A stretch of 64,000 nt of DNA from an uncultured Anaerolineaceae bacterium (GTDB taxonomy: Bacteria; Chloroflexota; Anaerolineae; Anaerolineales; UBA4823): positions 26,469-90,468 of the forward strand of contig CAZWFQ010000002.1 in the NCBI GenBank assembly GCA_964633225.1, in the 5' to 3' direction. A program made the position numbers and the translations under genes. Below are positions 29,076-38,224 of the stretch, in pieces. The notes beneath the pieces were generated by a model. That model was not told the DNA's origin and ran no database searches. It saw nothing but the letters and a program-made list of their open reading frames with translations. Position 1 is the stretch's first letter. The number at the start of each line of letters is the position of its first letter.

Positions 29076-29095
29076 CTCTTCGATGAATCGAAGAG
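29076..29095 (-). other. Intercistronic hairpin between nrnA and truB.
   Basis: Perfect 8-bp stem CTCTTCGA/TCGAAGAG with a 4-nt loop. No U-tract follows. Confidence 0.3.
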
Positions 29096-29104
29096 CGAGA
29101 AAAA

Positions 29105-30073
29105 TCATGGTAATAATTTACGGGTAGCGGCCAACACGGCCTCTTGTACTTGTTCCAGACTACCGTCCATCTCAGCACCGGCAGCTGCACGGTGCCCCCC
29201 ACCCCCAAATTGCTGCGCCACTTGCGAAACATCCAGGTCAGATGATGCAAGCCCGCAAACACGCCAGCTAATTTTAACACGATTTTGGCTTTGTTGGACA
29301 AAAATCAGGGCCAAATCCATCTCAGTGATGGCCGAAAGAATATTGACCAGGTCTGCATCATCCTGGCCCACATAGCCGGCTTCCAGGCGGTCTTGCAGCG
29401 ACAAAGAAGTCCACACCATGCGGCCTTCATGCCGCAAGCGAGACAAACCCGCCCCCCAATAACACGCCGCTGAGAAGGAACGCTGTATCAGAGCAGGGTA
29501 ATACATACGCGCCAGGTCTGCTCCAGCCTCCATCAACTCAGCCGCGGTGCGCATGGCACCCGGATTCATGCTGGCAATGCGAAAACCCACCGTATCCGTC
29601 ACCAGGCCAGTTAACAAGGCATTGGCCACATCGGGAGTGATTTCTAAGCCCAATGCCGGTAAGAGCTGGGCTAAAACTTCAGCAGTTGCCACTGCATGCG
29701 AAACAACCAGGTTCAAACGACCAAACATCTGGTTAGTAGGATGGTGATCAATATTTAAGTCGGGCTGTGCAAAGCCATTTAGGGCGTTTCCCACCCGCTT
29801 CAGCTCAGCGCAATCAACCACAATCCGGTAATCAAACGTACCTTCTGCGCAGGTGCGCACATCGCCACTGCCATTCAAGTGACGGAAATTAGCCGGCACA
29901 CCATCCTCCAAAACCATCTGCACAGTTTTGCCGGATCTTTGCAATGCCAAGCCCAACCCCAACAGCGAGCCGATTGCATCGCCATCTGGGCGGATATGAG
30001 AAACAATCAGAATGCGTCCAGCCTTGCTCAACTCCTGGCGCATGACAGCCACCAGGTTTTGGTCAAACGTCAT
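29105..30073 (-). CDS. nrnA: DHH/DHHA1 phosphoesterase (NrnA-like oligoribonuclease / pAp phosphatase).
   Basis: 322 aa. Motifs HIRPDGDAIGS, DHH (NIDHHPTN) and GGGGH (FGGGGHRAAAG). ATGA overlap with the rbfA stop. Confidence 0.8.
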   Translation of the reverse strand: MTFDQNLVAVMRQELSKAGRILIVSHIRPDGDAIGSLLGLGLALQRSGKTVQMVLEDGVPANFRHLNGSGDVRTCAEGTFDYRIVVDCAELKRVGNALNGFAQPDLNIDHHPTNQMFGRLNLVVSHAVATAEVLAQLLPALGLEITPDVANALLTGLVTDTVGFRIASMNPGAMRTAAELMEAGADLARMYYPALIQRSFSAACYWGAGLSRLRHEGRMVWTSLSLQDRLEAGYVGQDDADLVNILSAITEMDLALIFVQQSQNRVKISWRVCGLASSDLDVSQVAQQFGGGGHRAAAGAEMDGSLEQVQEAVLAATRKLLP

Positions 30074-30456
30074 TCTGGCTTTCCTCCCTGGTCTCCATCA
30101 GCCTGATGCAGCGAAGCGATCAGGCGTTCGATTTTATCGGCATGTTCAAAGGTAGGATCCCAGTGAAACCGCAAACGCGGCAGTGTGCGCAGCTCAACCC
30201 GGCGGGCCAGTTCACTACGCAAGAACCCCTGGGCATGCTCCAGCGCCGCCAGAACTTCTGGCGAACGCGACACACCCTCGATGGCGCAAACATGAACATC
30301 TGCATAGGCCAACTCTCGATCAACTTCCACATCCGTCACCGAAACACCTTTCAGGCGCGGATCACTGCTGCCTGTTAAGATGATCTCTGAAAGCTCCTCG
30401 CGGATGCGCTCGCCAATGCGCGTGGTGCGTTTCTTTGCAACCAAATCAACCTCCAT
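30070..30456 (-). CDS. rbfA: Ribosome-binding factor A.
   Basis: 128 aa. RIGERIREELSEII is a typical RbfA N-terminus. An alternative TTG start at 30444 lies 5 nt after a GGAGG. Confidence 0.85.
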   Translation of the reverse strand: MEVDLVAKKRTTRIGERIREELSEIILTGSSDPRLKGVSVTDVEVDRELAYADVHVCAIEGVSRSPEVLAALEHAQGFLRSELARRVELRTLPRLRFHWDPTFEHADKIERLIASLHQADGDQGGKPE

Positions 30457-30459
30457 TCA

Positions 30460-30490
30460 ATCGCCTGGCTCATCAAACCAGCCAGGCGAT
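30460..30490 (-). promoter_or_regulatory. Intercistronic hairpin between infB and rbfA, abutting the rbfA start.
   Basis: Perfect 11-bp stem ATCGCCTGGCT/AGCCAGGCGAT with a 9-nt loop. It ends 3 nt before the ATG at 30456. Confidence 0.35.
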
Positions 30491-30502
30491 CCATCCTGCT
30501 GC

Positions 30503-32293
30503 CTATGATGCAGCCACCTTTTCAACCACATAACACTCAATACGATCCCCCAAGACATACTCTCCAAAACCCTTCACCGCAATGCCGCACTCAAAACCCT
30601 GGCGCAGTTCACGCACGTCTTCGCTCAAGTGCCGCAGCGATTGCACTTCGCTTTCATGGATGACCTGGTTATTACGCAGCACACGAGCCCGGGCGCCACG
30701 CTTGACCTCGCCATCGGTGATGTAACAACCCGCCACGCTGCCAAATTTGCTGACCCGGAAGATCTGGCGGATCTCCGCGTGACCGATAACCACTTCTTTG
30801 AGCTCAGGTTCCAGCATACCCTTAAGTGCTTTTTCAATATCCTCCAGCATACGATAGATGATATCGTACAAGCGGATGGATACCCCTTCGGTTTCAGCCA
30901 GGCGCCGCGCAGCGGCATCTGCTTGAACATTGAAACCAATCACGATAGCCTTCGAGGCAGCCGCCAGCATAACGTCATTCTCAGTGATATTGCCAGTTTC
31001 AGCATGTAAAACATTCAGCGAGATTTCTTGCCTGCTCAAATCCTTGAATGAGGAGTTGATCGGCTCCAGGGAACCTTGCACATCTGCCTTGAGGATCAGG
31101 CGCAGCTCACGCACTTCGCCAGCCTGGAAACGCTCAAACAACTGTTCCAGCGTGATTTGGCTCTTCTTGACTGCCTGGGTCTGGTCAGCATCCTGATGGC
31201 GCTGGTAGGCAATGCCACGGGCTTCTTTTTCCGATTCCACCACCTGGAATAAATCCCCCGCCTGGGGTACTTCGTTCAGACCCATCACAGATATAGGCAT
31301 CGACGGGCCAGCCTTGCGCACTCGGCGGCCGCGAAAATCAAACATAGCCTTCAGGCGGCCATTTGCTTGGCCAACCACCACAACATCGCCCACCTCTAAG
31401 GTGCCATTTTGCACCAATAAAGTGGCCATCGCACCCTTGGCTTTATCCAATTCGGCTTCGATGACGGTCCCAATGACTTTTCCATCGGGGTTGGCGCGGA
31501 TATCGGTATTATCAGCCACCAACAGAATGGCTTCCATCAGATCTTCTAGACCCAGTCGTTTCTTGGCCGAGATGGGCACCACCAGGGTATCGCCATCCCA
31601 ATCATCAGGCACCAGGTCAATCTCAGCCAATTGCTGCTTCAAACGGTCTGGATCAGCATTGGGCCTATCAATCTTATTCATCGCCACAATGATGGGCACA
31701 TGAGCGGCCTTGGCATGGGCGGCAGCTTCTTTCGTCTGCGGCATGACACCATCATCGGCTGCCACCACCAAGACGACAATATCTGCGCCCTGGGCACCGC
31801 GGGCGCGCATGGCTGTAAAAGCAGCATGCCCTGGGGTGTCTAAGAATGTGATCGGCCGCCCGTTATGCTCAACCTGGTAAGCGCCAATGTGCTGCGTGAT
31901 ACCGCCCACCTCGCCATCGGCCACGTTGGCATGCCGGATTGCATCCAGCAAGGTAGTCTTGCCGTGATCGACATGCCCCAAGATGGTTACCACTGGCGGG
32001 CGAATAACCAGATTCTCAGGAGCTTCATCCGCAATCATGCGCCGCCACAGCGGAATCTCACCAGTATCTTTTTCTTCTACTTCTTGTGTTTCCGGCGCCG
32101 CTTCAAAGCCCAGCTCAGAAGCCACAATTGCGGCTGTGTCAAAATCAACCTGTTGATTGATATTTGGCATTACCACATTGGCCATCAAGGCTTTAATGAC
32201 CTCAATGGGGCTGGCTTCCATAACCTTTGCCAGTTCACGCACAGTGATGCTGGCTGGTAGTACGATCGTCTTTTGCCCGTTCTCGCTCATCAT
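30503..32293 (-). CDS. infB: Translation initiation factor IF-2 (short N-terminal form).
   Basis: 596 aa. G-domain motifs [13 protein letters not shown] and NKID. SD AGGAGG. Confidence 0.95.
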   Translation of the reverse strand: MMSENGQKTIVLPASITVRELAKVMEASPIEVIKALMANVVMPNINQQVDFDTAAIVASELGFEAAPETQEVEEKDTGEIPLWRRMIADEAPENLVIRPPVVTILGHVDHGKTTLLDAIRHANVADGEVGGITQHIGAYQVEHNGRPITFLDTPGHAAFTAMRARGAQGADIVVLVVAADDGVMPQTKEAAAHAKAAHVPIIVAMNKIDRPNADPDRLKQQLAEIDLVPDDWDGDTLVVPISAKKRLGLEDLMEAILLVADNTDIRANPDGKVIGTVIEAELDKAKGAMATLLVQNGTLEVGDVVVVGQANGRLKAMFDFRGRRVRKAGPSMPISVMGLNEVPQAGDLFQVVESEKEARGIAYQRHQDADQTQAVKKSQITLEQLFERFQAGEVRELRLILKADVQGSLEPINSSFKDLSRQEISLNVLHAETGNITENDVMLAAASKAIVIGFNVQADAAARRLAETEGVSIRLYDIIYRMLEDIEKALKGMLEPELKEVVIGHAEIRQIFRVSKFGSVAGCYITDGEVKRGARARVLRNNQVIHESEVQSLRHLSEDVRELRQGFECGIAVKGFGEYVLGDRIECYVVEKVAAS

Positions 32294-32348
32294 GGCACCT
32301 CCTAAGATACCGTCTGCGTGCCCCCACGAGCGAGTGAAGCAAGGTACA

Positions 32349-32651
32349 TCACCCGTTCATTTCGGCTGCATCTCCCGGCAAAGATGCTGCGAAAGCATGC
32401 AATTGCTCTCGCTCAGCATCCGTCAATTCGGCCTTTAACGCACCGGCAAGCGCTCCCTGCAGACCGCGCTCCCAACAGGAACGCTGATCGTGCAAGTAAG
32501 CCCCCCTACCAGCCAACTTGCCCGTGGGGTCTACAACAACACCCTGCGGGCTGCGCACTATCCTTATCAACGATCTCTTTGGAAGCACACTCCTACAACC
32601 CACACAAGTGCGTTGAGGAATGTGCTTCCGTTTACCGGGTTTTCGAGGCAC
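32349..32651 (-). CDS. ylxR: YlxR/RnpM family (DUF448) RNA-binding protein.
   Basis: 100 aa with a GTG start. RTCVGCR motif. Canonical position between nusA and infB. Confidence 0.8.
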   Translation of the reverse strand: MPRKPGKRKHIPQRTCVGCRSVLPKRSLIRIVRSPQGVVVDPTGKLAGRGAYLHDQRSCWERGLQGALAGALKAELTDAEREQLHAFAASLPGDAAEMNG

Positions 32652-32669
32652 GATCTTTTCTCGAATTGA

Positions 32670-34622
32670 TTAGAGATTCCAATCGTCTTCCCAACCACCG
32701 TCACGCTTGCGATGCCGCTTTACGACGGTAACATCATGGTCGGGGTCATATTCCACTTCCACAAACTTCTTCTTCTTTTTCTTCTTTGCGCCCGTTTGCT
32801 TCTGGTCGAGATCGTCCTCGTCCTCGCGCTCTTCATCCACAGGCGCAATCAATGCACTGGAGCTAAATATCTCAGTGAAGCTGCCAGCCTGTTCTTTTTG
32901 GGATTCGTCGCCAGAGGCAGCTTGATCTACCACAACTTCGGGCCCAGCATCAAGCACAGGGGCCTCGACGGAGAGTGTCTCTCCTTCAGCAGGAGTCAGC
33001 ACCACATCAACTGCGGGGAGTTCTGTTGCAGGTTCAGCAACCGCTTCTTCCTGCTCGCCTGCGGCCACAACCTGCGGCATATCTTCGGTTACGACAACTT
33101 CTGCCGCCCCCTCAACCTCAGGCTCGGGGAAGGTTAAGCCGGCCAACGCCTCTTGCAATTCAGACATAGCCTTGGGCCCAAAGCCGCTCAAACCCATGAT
33201 GGCATCCGAGTCGAATGCCAACTGCAGCATCACATCGCCCACGGTCTGGTAGCCAGCTTCGCTGAGCAAAGCAAACAAACGATCCGAGAAAGGCGCATCT
33301 TCAATCGCCTGCGCAAACGCGCCCTGCGGAATGGCAGCCCGCAGCGTCTTACGGCGATCATCCTCGGCACGTTTTTCGGCTGACCGGCGGTGCAGCAAAC
33401 CACGCTCAACACGATCCACAAATTGGCTGAGGACCTGGTACTCTTCAGGAGTAACCGGACGCCCCTCGGCCTTCTTGGCCAACACGGCTTCTACGCGCGG
33501 CAAGGTCTCAGCTTCTTGCTCCGCCATAAAGGTGTATTCGGGATCAGTCCCTAACTTCTGGAGAGAATCTGCCGCTGCCTCGATCAAGCTCTTAATATCA
33601 ATCCGCCAGCTGGTCAGCTTGGCAGCCAGGCGAGCATTCTGCCCATCCCGGCCAATGGCCAGGCTGAGCTGATCTTCCATCACCACCACCGTGGCGGTTT
33701 TGGCACCCTTGGCGTGTTCGTTCAGATAGACGCCGGTGACGCGCGCCGGGCTAAGGGCCTTGGCAATATATGACGCCGGATCGGTATCATATTCAATTAC
33801 ATCTATTTTTTCATCATTCAACTCGCGTACAATCGCCTGAATACGCACGCCGCGAATGCCAACACAGGCACCCACTGGGTCGACAGCCGGCTGAAGTGCT
33901 GCCACAGCCACCTTCGAACGCTGGCCCGGCTCACGGGCGATTGAACGGATCTCAACCAGACCATGATAAATCTCGGGCACTTCATTTTCTAGCAAACGGC
34001 GCAAGAAATTGCGGTGCGAACGCGAAAGCACGATCTGCGGACCGCGAGGAGTTTGCTTAACTTCCAACAGCAAAGACTGCACCCGGTCATGGACACGGAA
34101 ACGCTCGCCGGGGATTTGTTGGTTACGCGGCAAGACGCCTTCTGCCTTCATGTCCAGGCCCAGGGTAGCCCCCTGCGGCGTAGCCGCCTGCACAATGCCG
34201 CTGACGATCTCGCCAACCTGCTTGGCATAATGTTTCATCTGCGAATCGCGCTCGGCCTCGCGGATGCGCTGCTGGATCACCTGGCGCGCGGTCTGAGCCG
34301 CCACACGCCCAAAATCCTTGGGCGTCGACTCAACCACGACCATGCCACCCAATTCAGCGGCCTCATCGATCGTCTTGGCAACTTCCAGCGTAACTTCTGT
34401 ACGATCATCCTGCACCGCATCGACGATTTCTTTCTCGGCGAAAACGGTCACTTTGCCAGTTTCAGGATCGATCTTGGCCTCGACATGCTGAGCATTCGAT
34501 GCATTGACGGCGCGCCGGTAGGCTGAAACCATGGCCGCCTCTAAAGCCTCAAGGACAACCTCCTTGGGCAGGCCCTTTTCTTCAAGGACCTCATTGAAAG
34601 CTAAAACAAACTCGTTTTTCAT
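32670..34622 (-). CDS. nusA: Transcription termination/antitermination factor NusA with a long C-terminal extension.
   Basis: 650 aa from the ATG at 34622 ([12 protein letters not shown]). S1, KH1/KH2 and one HhH acidic-repeat domain are recognisable. The track start at 34703 adds 27 non-homologous residues. Confidence 0.92.
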   Translation of the reverse strand: MKNEFVLAFNEVLEEKGLPKEVVLEALEAAMVSAYRRAVNASNAQHVEAKIDPETGKVTVFAEKEIVDAVQDDRTEVTLEVAKTIDEAAELGGMVVVESTPKDFGRVAAQTARQVIQQRIREAERDSQMKHYAKQVGEIVSGIVQAATPQGATLGLDMKAEGVLPRNQQIPGERFRVHDRVQSLLLEVKQTPRGPQIVLSRSHRNFLRRLLENEVPEIYHGLVEIRSIAREPGQRSKVAVAALQPAVDPVGACVGIRGVRIQAIVRELNDEKIDVIEYDTDPASYIAKALSPARVTGVYLNEHAKGAKTATVVVMEDQLSLAIGRDGQNARLAAKLTSWRIDIKSLIEAAADSLQKLGTDPEYTFMAEQEAETLPRVEAVLAKKAEGRPVTPEEYQVLSQFVDRVERGLLHRRSAEKRAEDDRRKTLRAAIPQGAFAQAIEDAPFSDRLFALLSEAGYQTVGDVMLQLAFDSDAIMGLSGFGPKAMSELQEALAGLTFPEPEVEGAAEVVVTEDMPQVVAAGEQEEAVAEPATELPAVDVVLTPAEGETLSVEAPVLDAGPEVVVDQAASGDESQKEQAGSFTEIFSSSALIAPVDEEREDEDDLDQKQTGAKKKKKKKFVEVEYDPDHDVTVVKRHRKRDGGWEDDWNL

Positions 34623-34683
34623 CCGTTCCCTGTCTCTAAAGACTACGTTGTTTGTGTCATCGATGACTGGTGATATTATGCAA

Positions 34684-34708
34684 GAAAAGTGGGGGCTGCC
34701 CACTTTTC
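34684..34708 (-). promoter_or_regulatory. Terminator-like hairpin inside the nusA 5' leader.
   Basis: Minus strand: a 10-bp stem GAAAAGUGGG/CCCACUUUUC with a 5-nt loop, followed by UUGC. It lies between the putative promoter (34775-34747) and the nusA ATG. Confidence 0.4.
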
Positions 34709-34746
34709 CTAGTCGTCGTATTCACCAGCCTCGTTGATAGAACTAA

Positions 34747-34775
34747 ATTTTAGCACGGAACTGGTCGAGATGCAA
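34747..34775 (-). promoter_or_regulatory. Putative sigma70 promoter of the nusA super-operon.
   Basis: Minus strand: TTGCAT (34775-34770), a 17-nt spacer, then TAAAAT (34752-34747) preceded by TGc (extended -10). Confidence 0.45.
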
Positions 34776-34819
34776 GGCTATTTTCAGTTAAAATAAGGGG
34801 TAAATAGGATACATCTCTT

Positions 34820-36757
34820 ATGAATTTTCTCCAACCGGCTGCGCTGGCCATCGGGCTGCTGGCCATCCCAATCCTGCTCCTTTACATGCTTAAGCTGCGC
34901 CGCCGCAGTGTGGAGGTCTCATCCACTATGCTGTGGCAAGCCCTGCTGCGTGACCGCCAGGCAAATGCCCCATGGCAAAAACTTAAGCGCAACCTGCTCT
35001 TACTGCTCCAATTGCTCATCCTGGCGGCCCTGGTAATTGGGCTGGCACGTCCAGCCGTGCCAATTGCCAGCGTGGCTTCTGGCTCAGTGGTCATTCTGCT
35101 GGACGCTTCAGCATCGATGAACGCCAACGACGTCAGCCCTTCACGCTTTAACGCTGCCCAGGATGCGGCCCAGCAGATTGTGCGCAGCCTGGAGAGCGGG
35201 GCGCACACAACCATCATCCTGGCAGGCAGCCAGCCGCTGGTTTTGGCATCAGCCGAAAGCGACTCGAATATCTTATTCGAAGCTTTGCAATCGGCTGCCC
35301 CGTCTCAAGGGGCCAGCGATTGGAACGCTGCCTTTGCCTTGGCCGCAGGGGCAGCCGCCAGCGCAGCCAGCGGCGGGCGGGCAGCAGCCACAGTGGTCAT
35401 CATCTCAGATGGCGGATTACCAGAGCAAGGGCTGCCCCCCCTGCCCGGCGAAGTGCGCTACGTGCCGATTGGAACTGCCAGCGATAACCTGGCAATCTCT
35501 GCCCTGGCCTTGCGCCAGGCTGGGAGCGGCGCCGAATTATTTGCCAGCGTGAGCAACTATGGCGATACCGAGCGCAGTGCCATCTTCTCGCTGTATGCCA
35601 ACGATGAACTACTCAGCGCGCAGACGGTTTCGGTGCCCGCTGGCCAACAAACGGCAGTAACCATTAACGGTTTGCCAGCCCCGGCTGCCTCTGAGACGAT
35701 CTACCAGGCTCGCCTGACTCGCGTCGTCAGTACACAAGAAAACCCAGATGAAACCCACCTGGATGCCCTGGCCCTGGATGATAATGCATTTGCAGTTTAC
35801 CAGGCGCCGCGTCAGGGGCGCACCCTGTTAGTCACGCCGCCCGAAGCGGGGGGTAATTTCTTTTTAGAGCAAGTGCTCACCGCCCTGCCCGGCATCACAC
35901 CCTACCGCGCCCTGCCAGGCGAGAACGGCAACCTCCAAATTCCCACCGAGCCTTTCGACCTGTACGTTTTTGACAGTACAGTGCCTGACCTCGAGAACCT
36001 TCCTTCTGGCAATCTGTTATTGGTGAACCCGCTGACCAACACCTTATTCACCGTCAATGCTGCCTTTGCAGTGAACGATATCGCCCAGGTGATCGAACAC
36101 CCCTTGACACGCTACGTGGATTGGAGCAATGTACATGTTGCCCAGGCACGGCAAGTGGAAGTGCCGGCCTGGGCTGATATCTTGGTGCGCGCCAATGGCG
36201 GAGCGTTGGTTTTCGCAGGCGAAAATGAAGGCCGGCGGATTGCCGTGCTGACCTTCGACCTACACCACTCCGACCTGCCTCTGCAAGTGGCCTTTCCAAT
36301 CCTATTTTCCAATCTACTGGGTTACCTGATTCCCTCCCAGGCATTTGACGCCCCAGATGGCTTACTGCCTGGCCAAAGTTTACGCATCCACCCAGAAGCA
36401 GACGTGACTCAGGTGGCCATCGCATCCCCCAATGGACAGATTTACAGCTTGCCACCAGCCGAAGATGGCATCCTGTTCACCAACAGCGCTGAATTAGGGA
36501 TCTACGCGGTCAACTACATCACTGCCAACACGGCCCCAAACAGCCAGCCAGAGGTTGATTTCTTTGCCGTGAACTTGTTTGAGCCGGGCGAATCAGATAT
36601 CCGCCCAGCAGCCACCATCCAGGTAGGGCAGAGCAGTGTCGCCGCATCTGTGCAAGACCAGGTGAGTCAACGCGAATTGTGGCCTTGGGTGGCAGGAATC
36701 GGCCTGATCATCTTGATGCTTGAATGGTGGTTTTACCATGCTCGTCTACGATATTGA
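34820..36757 (+). CDS. BatA-like membrane protein with a VWA domain.
   Basis: 645 aa. The N-terminal double-TM module, LLYMLKLRRR...MLWQ, is of the aerotolerance-regulator type. MIDAS motif VVILLDASASM. C-terminal TM anchor. Confidence 0.75.
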   Translation: MNFLQPAALAIGLLAIPILLLYMLKLRRRSVEVSSTMLWQALLRDRQANAPWQKLKRNLLLLLQLLILAALVIGLARPAVPIASVASGSVVILLDASASMNANDVSPSRFNAAQDAAQQIVRSLESGAHTTIILAGSQPLVLASAESDSNILFEALQSAAPSQGASDWNAAFALAAGAAASAASGGRAAATVVIISDGGLPEQGLPPLPGEVRYVPIGTASDNLAISALALRQAGSGAELFASVSNYGDTERSAIFSLYANDELLSAQTVSVPAGQQTAVTINGLPAPAASETIYQARLTRVVSTQENPDETHLDALALDDNAFAVYQAPRQGRTLLVTPPEAGGNFFLEQVLTALPGITPYRALPGENGNLQIPTEPFDLYVFDSTVPDLENLPSGNLLLVNPLTNTLFTVNAAFAVNDIAQVIEHPLTRYVDWSNVHVAQARQVEVPAWADILVRANGGALVFAGENEGRRIAVLTFDLHHSDLPLQVAFPILFSNLLGYLIPSQAFDAPDGLLPGQSLRIHPEADVTQVAIASPNGQIYSLPPAEDGILFTNSAELGIYAVNYITANTAPNSQPEVDFFAVNLFEPGESDIRPAATIQVGQSSVAASVQDQVSQRELWPWVAGIGLIILMLEWWFYHARLRY

Positions 36758-37041
36758 GCGGCCTGAGCGCCCGTAGCCCAGAAGAAGCCGGCTCCATCAG
36801 CCTGCTGGTAACGTTTGCCGCGGTGGCCATCGGGCCGGTTGTCATTCCACCAGACCGCCTGCCATCCTGGATGAACCTGTTAGGAAATTTCAGCCCAGCT
36901 ACCTATGCAGCTTCTGCGCTGCGCCAGACTTTGCTGGGCCCCGTTACTGAAAGGATTATCCTGGATTTCTGTGTTTTAATTGTCTTTTCGGCCCTCACCT
37001 TTTGGCTGGTTGGGCGTAAAATGGAGTGGCGAGCCGGTTGA
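36724..37041 (+). pseudogene. Orphan C-terminal fragment of an ABC-2 type transporter permease.
   Basis: The 105-aa ORF carries only the last two or so TM helices and the P..LPSWMNLLGNFSPATYAASALRQ block typical of ABC-2 permease C-termini. There is no N-terminal part and no ATPase partner nearby. Its ATG overlaps the preceding gene by 34 nt. Confidence 0.45.
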
Positions 37042-37080
37042 AAGACATTCGTCCTATTGCATAGAAAGGATCACTTATTA

Positions 37081-38208
37081 ATGAAGGCTTTTGTAACGGG
37101 AGGCACAGGTTTTATTGGTAGGCGGGTTATTCACAAGCTGGTGCAGCGCGGCTACACGGTATCTGCACTGGTACGCTCAGAACGCGGCGCAGCCGAGCTG
37201 CAATCTGCTGGCGCCCAGGTGGTTTGGGGAGATATTACTAAGCGCGAATCCATGCGCGAAGGCATGCAGGGCTGTGATGTGGTTTTCCATATTGCAGCCT
37301 GGTACAAAATCGGCGCGCGCCATCAAGAAATGGCTGAACAGATCAACGTAACCGGCACCCGGAATGTGTTAGAGCTGGCATACGAATTGGGAATCCCAAA
37401 GATCATTTATACAAGCACCGTAGCGGTGTACGGCGACACGCGGGGCATCGTTGCAGATGAAAATTACCGCATGGATTCAAATGAGGCGTTCATCAGCAAT
37501 TACGATCGCACCAAATGGCTGGCACATTACGAAGTGGCCCTGCCTTTGATCGCCAAAGGCGCCCCTATCACCATTGTGCTGCCGGGGGCCGTTTTTGGCC
37601 CCGGTGACCACAGCCTGGTTGGCACTATGATGCAGGCATTCTACAAAGGTTGGCTCTTCGTCTTTCCAGGCCCCGAGACGGTCTTATCGTTCACCCATGT
37701 TGATGATATTGCGGATGGGCACATCCTGGCAGCCGAGAAAGGCAAGCCGGGCGAAAGTTATATCATCACAGGGCCTGTACTCTCGCTGCGCCAGGCGGTG
37801 GCAATGTGGGCCCAAGTTACCGGGAGACCTCGGCCCCTGGCCTACGCCCCGGCCCATTTACTGCATCCCCTTATCCCACTTTCAGAATGGCTGGGGGAGC
37901 GTATTGCGGCCTGGCCTCAGCTCTTCAGCCCAGATTCCATCCGCATCACAGGGGCAAACTATGCGGCACAATCGTGCAAAGCCCAACGTGAGCTGAATTG
38001 GTATCCGCGTTCTTTGGAAGAAGGTTTTACGGAAACCTTTACTGCAATTGCCCAACAGGCCGCCAGTAAAGCACAGCCTGGCTTCGAGGGGATGATCCCG
38101 GAGCTGCATGCCGTCTCGGCAGAAAAGCGCAAGTTCACAACCGGCATGATCATTAGCGCCGCCTTAGGGATCCTCTTGCTCTGGAAGCTTACCCGGCGCC
38201 GCAAATAA
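37081..38208 (+). CDS. NAD-dependent epimerase/dehydratase (extended SDR) with a C-terminal TM tail.
   Basis: 375 aa from the ATG at 37081 (MKAFVTGGTGFIGRRV Rossmann motif), with SD AAAGGA. YxxxK block YDRTK. C-terminal helix MIISAALGILLLWKL followed by RRRK. Confidence 0.8.
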   Translation: MKAFVTGGTGFIGRRVIHKLVQRGYTVSALVRSERGAAELQSAGAQVVWGDITKRESMREGMQGCDVVFHIAAWYKIGARHQEMAEQINVTGTRNVLELAYELGIPKIIYTSTVAVYGDTRGIVADENYRMDSNEAFISNYDRTKWLAHYEVALPLIAKGAPITIVLPGAVFGPGDHSLVGTMMQAFYKGWLFVFPGPETVLSFTHVDDIADGHILAAEKGKPGESYIITGPVLSLRQAVAMWAQVTGRPRPLAYAPAHLLHPLIPLSEWLGERIAAWPQLFSPDSIRITGANYAAQSCKAQRELNWYPRSLEEGFTETFTAIAQQAASKAQPGFEGMIPELHAVSAEKRKFTTGMIISAALGILLLWKLTRRRK

Positions 38209-38224
38209 CCTTCGAGTTTGTTCA

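Noticed and set aside
34656-34667. A perfect 12-bp palindrome, GTCATCGATGAC, in the nusA leader. I considered it as a candidate operator.
   Set aside because: It is too short and occurs once, so it cannot be distinguished from chance. I mention it only as context in the nusA leader finding.
36758-37080. I considered a mobile element or insertion sequence at the ABC-2 remnant junction.
   Set aside because: I could see no transposase or integrase ORF, no terminal inverted repeats and no target-site duplication. Only the gene fragment itself supports a past rearrangement.
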